Assembly (NCBI GenBank): GCA_035763205.1
Contig: DASUBP010000186.1
Span: 1-51,303 of the forward strand
Reading direction: 5' to 3'
Length of the DNA: 51,303 bases
Source: Gemmatimonadales bacterium
Lineage (GTDB): Bacteria; Gemmatimonadota; Gemmatimonadetes; Gemmatimonadales; GWC2-71-9
Below the pieces are notes generated by a model that did no database searches, was not told where the DNA came from, and saw only the letters and a program-made list of their open reading frames with translations. Below, piece by piece: positions 34,690 to 41,854 of the stretch. The translations under genes were made by a program, and so were the position numbers. Numbering within the stretch: position 1 is the stretch's first letter; every line of letters begins with the position of its first letter.

Positions 34690-36306
34690 ATGGCCACGAC
34701 CGTGACCACGCCCCGCACCGGACGCCGTTCGGGCGCTTCCATCGAGTTTTCCGGGTTGGCCCCCGAGCATCACGTGCACTGGAACTACGGCCCGGCCGAG
34801 CTCGTCGAGCACGCCATCCGCCGGAAGGAAGGCATGCTGGCGGACGGCGGGCCCTTCTGCGCCGTCACCAGCCCCCATACCGGACGCTCCCCCAACGACA
34901 AGTTCGTCGTGAAGGAAGCCAGCTCCGAGGCGAAGGTGTGGTGGGGAAAGGTGAACCAGCCCATCGCGCCCGAGCACTTCGACCGGTTGCACGCTGACGT
35001 CCTCCGGCACCTGAACAGTCAGGAGATCTTCGTCCGCGATCTTTTCGCGGGAGCGGATCCCGATTACCGCATTCCGGTCCGGTTCGTCACGCCGAACGCC
35101 TGGCAGGCGCTCTTCGTCTACAACATGTTCCTGCGCCCCTCCCAACCGGAGCTCGCGGCCTTCACGCCCGAGTGGCAGGTGCTGCACGCCCCAGAATTGC
35201 ACGCGGACCCGAAGGTCCACGGGACCAAGTCGTCGACGTTCATCGTCGTGAACCTGGGCAAGCGGATCATCCTGATCGGCGGCACGCGGTACGCGGGGGA
35301 GATGAAGAAATCCATCTTCACCATCCTCAATTACCTGCTCCCCAACCGCGGCGTGCTGTCGATGCACTGCTCGGCGAACGTGGGCGAAGCGGGAGATGTC
35401 GCGCTGTTTTTCGGGCTGTCGGGCACCGGCAAGACCACGCTCTCGGCCGATCCCGAGCGCGGGCTGATCGGCGACGACGAGCATGGCTGGAGCGATCGGG
35501 GCGTCTTCAACTTCGAAGGTGGCTGCTACGCCAAAGTCATCCGCCTCTCCCGCGAGGGTGAGCCCGAGATCTTCCAGACCACCCGGATGTTCGGGACCGT
35601 GCTCGAGAACGTGGTGGTGGACCCGGAAACCCGCAGGATCGACCTCGATTCCGCCGCCATCACGGAGAATACCCGGTCCTCCTACCCGATCCACTACATC
35701 CCGAACCACGTGGCGGGGGGCCAGGGCGGCCACCCTACGCACATCGTCTTCCTCACCTGCGACGCCTTTGGTGTGATGCCTCCGATCGCGCGGCTCACGC
35801 CGGCCCAGGCGATGTACCATTTCCTGTCCGGATACACGGCCAAGGTTGCCGGCACCGAGCGGGGCGTCACCGAACCGAAGGAGACCTTCTCGGCCTGCTT
35901 CGGCGCGCCGTTCCTGCCCCTGCATCCGAACACCTACGCCGAGCTGTTGGGGGCGAAGATCGCCAAGCACGGCGTGCAGTGTTGGCTGGTCAACACGGGC
36001 TGGACGGGTGGCGGCTTCGGCGTGGGCCAGCGGATGCGGCTCTCGCATACTCGCTGCATGGTCCGCGCGGCGCTCGCCGGCAAGCTGGACAAGGTCGCCA
36101 ACGTCACCGAGCCGGCTTTCGGACTCTCGGTGCCGCAACACGTGCCCGGCGTCCCCGACGAGGTCCTGCTCCCGCGCAAGACCTGGAGTGACGCGGCGGC
36201 GTACGATGCGATGGCCGCCAAGCTGGCGGGGTTGTTCAAGAACAACTTCGTCCAGTTCCAGGATCAGGTCCCCGCGGCGGTTCGGGAGGCCGGCCCGAGA
36301 ATTTGA
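34690..36306 (+). CDS. pckA: Phosphoenolpyruvate carboxykinase (ATP)
   Basis: Kinase-1a motif FFGLSGTGKTTLS; GDDEHGW; 538 aa. AAGGA SD upstream. Confidence 0.95.
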   Translation: MATTVTTPRTGRRSGASIEFSGLAPEHHVHWNYGPAELVEHAIRRKEGMLADGGPFCAVTSPHTGRSPNDKFVVKEASSEAKVWWGKVNQPIAPEHFDRLHADVLRHLNSQEIFVRDLFAGADPDYRIPVRFVTPNAWQALFVYNMFLRPSQPELAAFTPEWQVLHAPELHADPKVHGTKSSTFIVVNLGKRIILIGGTRYAGEMKKSIFTILNYLLPNRGVLSMHCSANVGEAGDVALFFGLSGTGKTTLSADPERGLIGDDEHGWSDRGVFNFEGGCYAKVIRLSREGEPEIFQTTRMFGTVLENVVVDPETRRIDLDSAAITENTRSSYPIHYIPNHVAGGQGGHPTHIVFLTCDAFGVMPPIARLTPAQAMYHFLSGYTAKVAGTERGVTEPKETFSACFGAPFLPLHPNTYAELLGAKIAKHGVQCWLVNTGWTGGGFGVGQRMRLSHTRCMVRAALAGKLDKVANVTEPAFGLSVPQHVPGVPDEVLLPRKTWSDAAAYDAMAAKLAGLFKNNFVQFQDQVPAAVREAGPRI

Positions 36307-37580
36307 CCGCGTCTTCGATCGGGGCCCCGCTCGAGGTCGTCCGCGACCCGCTCTGGAACAACATCCGCCTCGAGCCGGACGCCCTGACGGTGCTGGACAC
36401 GCCGGCGGTGCAGCGCCTCCGGTACGTCCGCCAGCTGGGCCACGCGTTCCTCGTCTATCCCGGCGCTACGCACAGCCGCTTCGAGCACTGCCTGGGCGCG
36501 TATCATCTCGCGCGCCGGGCGCTCGAGCACCTGTCTCATGGCGACGTCGCCGTCCACCCCAGGGATGCCACGGCCGTCCGCCTGGCCGCGCTCCTCCACG
36601 ACATCGGTCACTACCCGTTTTCCCATGCTCTGGAAGAGGCGGGTCTCCCGAAACACGAGGCCCTCGCGCGCCGGCATCTCACCGGTGGTCAGCTGGGGGA
36701 AGTGCTGGGCAAGATCGGCATCGATCCGGAAATCCTGCTCTCACTCATCCAGGGCCGGGGGACCGTGCCGTTGGCCGGGATGGTCGCGGGCTCCCTCGAC
36801 GTCGACAAGCTCGATTACCTGTCGCGCGACGCGTGGATGTGCGGGGTGCCGTACGGCGTCATCGACGTGGACCGGCTGCTGTCCTCCCTGACGATCGTCG
36901 AAAAGTCAGGACGTCCCACGCTGGCCCTGCACGAGAAGGGTCTGGCCGCGCTGGAGTCCCTGCTCTTCGCCAAGTATCAGATGTACCGCAACGTCTACTG
37001 GCACCACGCCGTGCGCTCCGCCACCGTGATGTTCAAACGTGCCGTGACGGACGCCATCGCGGCGGGGCGACTGTCGACCGACGCCGTCGCGGACGCCACC
37101 GACGACGGGCTGATTCACGAGCTCTCGGCCAACGACCCAGCCGGGCTGGCCCGCTCGCTCCGCGACCGGCGCCTGGCGAAGCGGGCCCTCGACCTGCCCG
37201 CGACCGACCTTCCGTCCCCCGCCGACTGGCCCGCGGCCGACCCGGCGCTGGTCGCGCAGGTGGAGGACCGCCTCGCGGCCGAGCTGAAGCTCGCGCCCGG
37301 CGATCTGTTCATCGATTTCCCGGCGAAGCCGGAGATGCTCGACCTGCGCCTGCCGCTGGTGACCCGTGACGGCGAAGTGGTCGAGCTGGAGGGGCAAGAG
37401 GCCGCGGAACGCCTGGGATTGCCCCGCGTGTCCGCGGAGCTGGTACGCTCGGCACGCCGCCTGCGCGTGTTCGTACGGGAGCCCCGCAGCGTGCCGGAAC
37501 GGGCGGTGGTGAACCTCGTCACGTTGCCCGGCGCCGAGGTCGCGTCACGACTGGCCGGGGATCGTTCACTGCTCAGCTGA
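36303..37580 (+). CDS. HD-domain phosphohydrolase (SAMHD1/dNTP triphosphohydrolase-like)
   Basis: TTGA overlap with the pckA stop. HSRFEHCLGAYHLA, LLHDIGHYPFSH, DVDKLDYLSRD. Confidence 0.8.
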   Translation: MTASSIGAPLEVVRDPLWNNIRLEPDALTVLDTPAVQRLRYVRQLGHAFLVYPGATHSRFEHCLGAYHLARRALEHLSHGDVAVHPRDATAVRLAALLHDIGHYPFSHALEEAGLPKHEALARRHLTGGQLGEVLGKIGIDPEILLSLIQGRGTVPLAGMVAGSLDVDKLDYLSRDAWMCGVPYGVIDVDRLLSSLTIVEKSGRPTLALHEKGLAALESLLFAKYQMYRNVYWHHAVRSATVMFKRAVTDAIAAGRLSTDAVADATDDGLIHELSANDPAGLARSLRDRRLAKRALDLPATDLPSPADWPAADPALVAQVEDRLAAELKLAPGDLFIDFPAKPEMLDLRLPLVTRDGEVVELEGQEAAERLGLPRVSAELVRSARRLRVFVREPRSVPERAVVNLVTLPGAEVASRLAGDRSLLS

Positions 37581-37629
37581 CGCAACACCGCTGCACGGAA
37601 CTCCAGCGTCCCTTTCGCCTATACCAGTC

Positions 37630-38427
37630 ATGAACGCAAAGCTTCGAATCGCCGCTGGTGCGACCCTTCTCGGCCTGCTGGCCCTGGGGGTCGCGGATCT
37701 GTCTCTGGGCGCCAGCGTCCCCCGTTACCTCGATCTGGAACGGACCAACGCGGAGCTCCTGACGCAAATTCGGGAGACGCAGGGCACGTTGCAGATCCTC
37801 AGCGATTCGGTGGAGTCCGTCAGCCGCCGGGCGCAGGTCCTCCGTCTCCTCGCGGGCGTGAGCCCGCTGGATTCCGGGGTTGATCTGCCCGGTACCGATC
37901 CGTCATGGGCCTGGGCCCAGCGCGACAGTCCCGCCGCGTGGTCCCGCGACGTCACCCGGACCTCCGCCGCCCCCACGACGCCGGAGGAGCTCGCCCTAGC
38001 CGGAACGCTCCCGGTCGCCATCACGCTTACCGCGATACCCCCTGGCCGGGTGTCGAGCCCATTTTCGGCGGAACGTCTGAGCCCCGTGGTGGACACGGTG
38101 CGGCCGCATCAAGGCGTGGACTTCGCGGCTCCGCCGGGGACGCCCATCCGGGCGCCCGCGGCCGGCGTGGTCGTGGAAGTGCAGTGGGAAGAGGGCTATG
38201 GGGAGTACCTCACCATCGATCACGGGCACGGGGTCGTGACCCGATACGCGCATTGCTCCGATATCCTGGTCGCTCCAGGGTCTAGAGTCCGGCGCGGCCA
38301 GAAGATCGCGCTGGTCGGCTCGACCGGAGAAGCCACAGGTCCCCACCTGCACTTCGAGGTATGGGTGGACGGCCGGGCAGTGGACCCCCAGCGCTTCGTC
38401 GCGCCCGGGGACGTGGTCACCGACTGA
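37630..38427 (+). CDS. M23/LytM-family metallopeptidase (catalytic residues intact)
   Basis: N-terminal TM/signal segment. HQGVDFAAPPGTP (HxxxD) and GPHLHFEV (HxH). Confidence 0.88.
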   Translation: MNAKLRIAAGATLLGLLALGVADLSLGASVPRYLDLERTNAELLTQIRETQGTLQILSDSVESVSRRAQVLRLLAGVSPLDSGVDLPGTDPSWAWAQRDSPAAWSRDVTRTSAAPTTPEELALAGTLPVAITLTAIPPGRVSSPFSAERLSPVVDTVRPHQGVDFAAPPGTPIRAPAAGVVVEVQWEEGYGEYLTIDHGHGVVTRYAHCSDILVAPGSRVRRGQKIALVGSTGEATGPHLHFEVWVDGRAVDPQRFVAPGDVVTD

Positions 38428-38467
38428 GTCCTACGGAGTCGTGTACGTGAGTTTCCGGGGGGGCACT

Positions 38468-39247
38468 TCAGCCGGGGAGCGTGTTCTCTTCCGTGGCCCT
38501 TCCACCTGCCGGCGTGTCAACCTGATCGATCCGCACCATGATGGCGGTGATGTTGTCGAGCCCACCGTGCCGATTCGCTTCTTCGATCAGCGAATCCACC
38601 TGCTCCTGCGGCTGCAGCCCGTTCTTCATGATCTCCGCCAGTTGCGGATCTTCGAGCATCCCCGTCAGTCCGTCAGACGCCAGCAGGAACAAGTCGCGCT
38701 CCCGGACGCTCCCGACATAGACGTCCGGCATCACGTCCGCATTCGCGCCGACGCAGCGGGTGATCACGTTGCTGTAGGGATGCGTACGGGCTTGCTCGGG
38801 CGTGAGATACCCGGCATCGACCTGCTCCTGCACATACGAGTGATCCTTCGTCACCTGCGCGAGCTTGCCGTCCCGCAGCAGATAAGCCCGGCTGTCCCCC
38901 ACCTGGCCGATCAGGAAGCGGTTCGCGAAGAGCGTCAGCGCCGTGACGGTGGTGCCCATCCCGCGCTTGTCGTGCTCGGTGAGCGTGCGCTCGAAGATGG
39001 CGCCATTGGCGGCGCGGATGGAGAGCCGCATCCGCTCGGCGACCTGTTCGTCGTTCAGGCCCTGGAGGGAGCCGACTTCACGGGCAATGACGCGCACCGC
39101 CATCTCGCTCGCCACTTCCCCGGCCGCGTGTCCACCCATGCCGTCGGCCACGATGAAAACACCCTTGTCGGGGACCATGAGGAAGTTGTCCTCATTCCCC
39201 GACCGGATGATGCCGACGTCGGTGCGACCCGCGCAGGTGATGTGCAC
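38468..39247 (-). CDS. PP2C-family Ser/Thr protein phosphatase
   Basis: Trimmed to GTG 39247, 8 nt after the FHA gene stop. RTDVGIIRSGNEDNF, ADGMGGHAAGEVAS, LASDGLTGML. Confidence 0.88.
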   Translation of the reverse strand: MHITCAGRTDVGIIRSGNEDNFLMVPDKGVFIVADGMGGHAAGEVASEMAVRVIAREVGSLQGLNDEQVAERMRLSIRAANGAIFERTLTEHDKRGMGTTVTALTLFANRFLIGQVGDSRAYLLRDGKLAQVTKDHSYVQEQVDAGYLTPEQARTHPYSNVITRCVGANADVMPDVYVGSVRERDLFLLASDGLTGMLEDPQLAEIMKNGLQPQEQVDSLIEEANRHGGLDNITAIMVRIDQVDTPAGGRATEENTLPG

Positions 39248-39255
39248 TCGGTGCC

Positions 39256-40653
39256 TTAGCGGAGGATCCAGTACAACAGGGAGGCGCCACCAAGAACGAA
39301 CATGGCCGCGCTGGCCCCACATCCCTTTTTCTTCGCCGGAACCGGCGGCGGCACCGGTTGCCGCTTCACCGCGGGGACGGGCGCAGGAGCCTTCGGGGGA
39401 GGCGGCGTCGGAGCCGCCGCCTTCGGAGCCGGAGCCGGGGCCGCGGAACCGGGCTTGAAGGCCTCGATCACTTTGGTCCCGCCACCCTTGGCCGTCCCCA
39501 TCGCGTCGTCGGTCGGTTCGAACACGGCCTGCACATCCCCGAACCGTACCATGACGCCCGGCGACAACGGCGACTCCCCCTGGACCTTTTCGCCGTCGAC
39601 GAAGGTCCCGTTCGTGGAGTCGAGGTCCACCAGCATCCATACGCCCTCCCGGCGCTGCAGCTTCGCGTGCGACGTGGAGACCGAGGGGTCAGCCAGGACG
39701 AGGTCGTTATAGTCCGCGCGACCGATGTTCAGGACCGGCGTCTTGATCTGATAGCGCTGGCCCTTCAGCGGTCCGGTGCGGAAGAGGAAGTTGCCCATCG
39801 CGGCGGGCGCGGGCGAACCGGCGGGGGTGCTGGGCGCCGTCGCGGAGGGCCGTGGTGCCGCCGCCATCCCGAAGCTGGTGTTGTTCAACCGGTGTCCCGC
39901 GCCGCTCGGGGGTGGAGGTGTCTGGGGCGCGGCCTGCGGCGGACTAGCGGCCGGCCCCGCGGGAGGGGAGGGCGGTGCCTGGACGGCCGGGGCGGCGTCG
40001 GCATAGAAGCGGAACTGCTCGTCCCCGATCCTGATGACATCCGCACGCATCAGCAGACGCTGACCCTCGATCTTCTCGTCGTTGACGAAGGTGCCATTGG
40101 TGCTCGAGTCGACCACCATGTAGCCCTTGGGGGTGGTCAGGATCTCCGCGTGACGCCGGGAGACGTCCTTCCCCGTCACGACCACATCGCAGCCGGCCTC
40201 GCGTCCGAAGACCAGAGAGGCACCTGTCACGGCGTACTCGCGCCCGTCGGTGAGCGAAACGATGCGGCCGCCGGTGTTGGCGGTCGGCTTGCCCGCTCCC
40301 GCTGATGCCTTGGCAGCGGCCGCGGCCTTCGAGACGTCCATCGCGGCCACGTATTGTGTGCTTCCGGAACGACGTTCATCCACGAACGTCAGCTCATGGC
40401 CACCGGTTTCGATCTTGTCGCCGTGCAGAAGAGGCGTCGGTTCGGCACCGAGATTGACGCCATTGATGGCGATGATCGCTTGCGGGTCGACCTTCCGGAT
40501 CGAAACTTGGCCGTCCGGCAACCCCTTGAGGATTGCCGTCTTGGGGGTGATCCCGGGGCCCGTCAATTGGATCGCACAATCGGCAGCACTGCCGAGCACC
40601 ACTTCGCCGGCAGGAATCGTGAACTTTCTGCCGCCCATCTCGAGAAGGGCCAT
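39256..40653 (-). CDS. Tail-anchored protein with three FHA domains
   Basis: AAAGGAA SD upstream. FHA2 has VSRRHAEI...SSTNGTFVN. FHA3 has VSTSHAKL...DSTNGTFVDG. FHA1 is degenerate. Pro-rich linkers. C-terminal TM AAMFVLGGASLLYWIL. Confidence 0.85.
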   Translation of the reverse strand: MALLEMGGRKFTIPAGEVVLGSAADCAIQLTGPGITPKTAILKGLPDGQVSIRKVDPQAIIAINGVNLGAEPTPLLHGDKIETGGHELTFVDERRSGSTQYVAAMDVSKAAAAAKASAGAGKPTANTGGRIVSLTDGREYAVTGASLVFGREAGCDVVVTGKDVSRRHAEILTTPKGYMVVDSSTNGTFVNDEKIEGQRLLMRADVIRIGDEQFRFYADAAPAVQAPPSPPAGPAASPPQAAPQTPPPPSGAGHRLNNTSFGMAAAPRPSATAPSTPAGSPAPAAMGNFLFRTGPLKGQRYQIKTPVLNIGRADYNDLVLADPSVSTSHAKLQRREGVWMLVDLDSTNGTFVDGEKVQGESPLSPGVMVRFGDVQAVFEPTDDAMGTAKGGGTKVIEAFKPGSAAPAPAPKAAAPTPPPPKAPAPVPAVKRQPVPPPVPAKKKGCGASAAMFVLGGASLLYWILR

Positions 40654-40726
40654 CGGGGGTTCCTTTCTACGGGAAGGCCGGCACGGAAGTTACGCCCGGG
40701 TCCGTAACTGGACAAGGCGACACGGG

Positions 40727-41821
40727 TTACGCCCCGTCGGTGATCTCTGGGCGCTGGTCCGTCGACACCGCTTCTTCCATTCCGATGAGCCCCTTCCGAA
40801 GCCATCCCCAGAAAATGAGGGCGCCAACGATCACGGTCGCGTAACTGTTGATGAATCGCCAGACCAGGGTATAGCTGGGGATGAGAGGGCGAGGGACGTA
40901 AATGGACATTACGACCGTCGAAATCCCCTCGGCCATTCCAGAACCACCCGGCGTGGGGGCAAAGTAGAGGACGAAGGTGATGAGGGTCTGCACCAGCAGG
41001 ATCTCGACGAAGTCAGCGGGGATGCCCAGGGCCCGCATGGCGACGTAGCCGGCGAGCAGTTTATTCGCATGTGACGGGGCCGACAGGACGATGGCCCAGA
41101 AGGTGGCGAGCCACCCCTTCGGGCTGCCGAAGGCCACGAAGCACCGGTGGCCATATTCGATCCCCTCCCGCAGCTGCTCCATGCCCGCCGCCACCCGGCG
41201 GCTCCGCTTCCCCACTCTGCCCGCCAGCCAATGCACCAGGTCCTTGGCCAGCCGGGGGAAGACCATCAAGAACAGCATCAAGAGGCCGAGGAAAACGAAA
41301 ACGCCCAGGGAGACGCGGAAGAGGTCGTAGAGACCGATGCCCAAGACGATATGGTGCTTCGCCAAGGACCGGCCGGCACCGAAAAAGATCGCGAGCGGCC
41401 CGGCAATCGCGAAAAACGCGACCGTCGCAACGAAGGTCATGAAGGTGGCCGTGAAGGCGGCGGGAAGACGGACTCCGGCGCGCTTCATGGTCCACATCAT
41501 CATCGGGCCGGCGCCCGTCTGGAACGGGGTCAGGTAGCCGCCCCAGGCGCTCATGCCTCCCGCCACGATCATGTCCCTGAGTCGGACGCCGGGCTGGATG
41601 TGCCGCGCCACCACCCAGAGCCGCGTGCCGCCGCCTACCCAGTCCATGGACGCGAGCGCGAGGCCGATTCCGACCCACCGCCAGTGAATGGAAGCGAGGG
41701 CGTCGAGGAACGCCCGGAGGTTGTCGCCATAGAAAAGCAGGGCGACGACACCGGCCAGGGAAATGATTGCGAATAGGGCGAGTCCCCGGCGGAGCAGCCG
41801 AGGGGTCAGGGCGAGCGCCAT
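40727..41821 (-). CDS. Polytopic membrane protein, lysyl-PG-synthase-TM/flippase-like (UPF0104-like)
   Basis: About 8 TM segments with a conserved-looking WGGYLTPFQTGAGP loop. The family assignment is from pattern memory only. Confidence 0.5.
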   Translation of the reverse strand: MALALTPRLLRRGLALFAIISLAGVVALLFYGDNLRAFLDALASIHWRWVGIGLALASMDWVGGGTRLWVVARHIQPGVRLRDMIVAGGMSAWGGYLTPFQTGAGPMMMWTMKRAGVRLPAAFTATFMTFVATVAFFAIAGPLAIFFGAGRSLAKHHIVLGIGLYDLFRVSLGVFVFLGLLMLFLMVFPRLAKDLVHWLAGRVGKRSRRVAAGMEQLREGIEYGHRCFVAFGSPKGWLATFWAIVLSAPSHANKLLAGYVAMRALGIPADFVEILLVQTLITFVLYFAPTPGGSGMAEGISTVVMSIYVPRPLIPSYTLVWRFINSYATVIVGALIFWGWLRKGLIGMEEAVSTDQRPEITDGA

Positions 41822-41854
41822 GTGAGGCCGAAGGTAAGGTTATGTTTAGGGGTT

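Noticed and set aside
36231-36246. Perfect palindrome GTTGTTC-aa-GAACAAC inside the pckA 3-prime end.
   Set aside because: It lies in coding sequence (LFKNN). It is short, has no partner elsewhere in the window, and its half-site orientation is the reverse of known GAAC/GTTC operators. It is most simply a coding coincidence.
36303-37580. The HD/dNTPase-like gene read as an anti-phage dGTPase-type defence gene.
   Set aside because: It is translationally coupled to pckA inside a housekeeping operon. There are no neighbouring defence or mobile genes, and composition is typical of the window. Nothing in the sequence distinguishes it from a housekeeping dNTP triphosphohydrolase.
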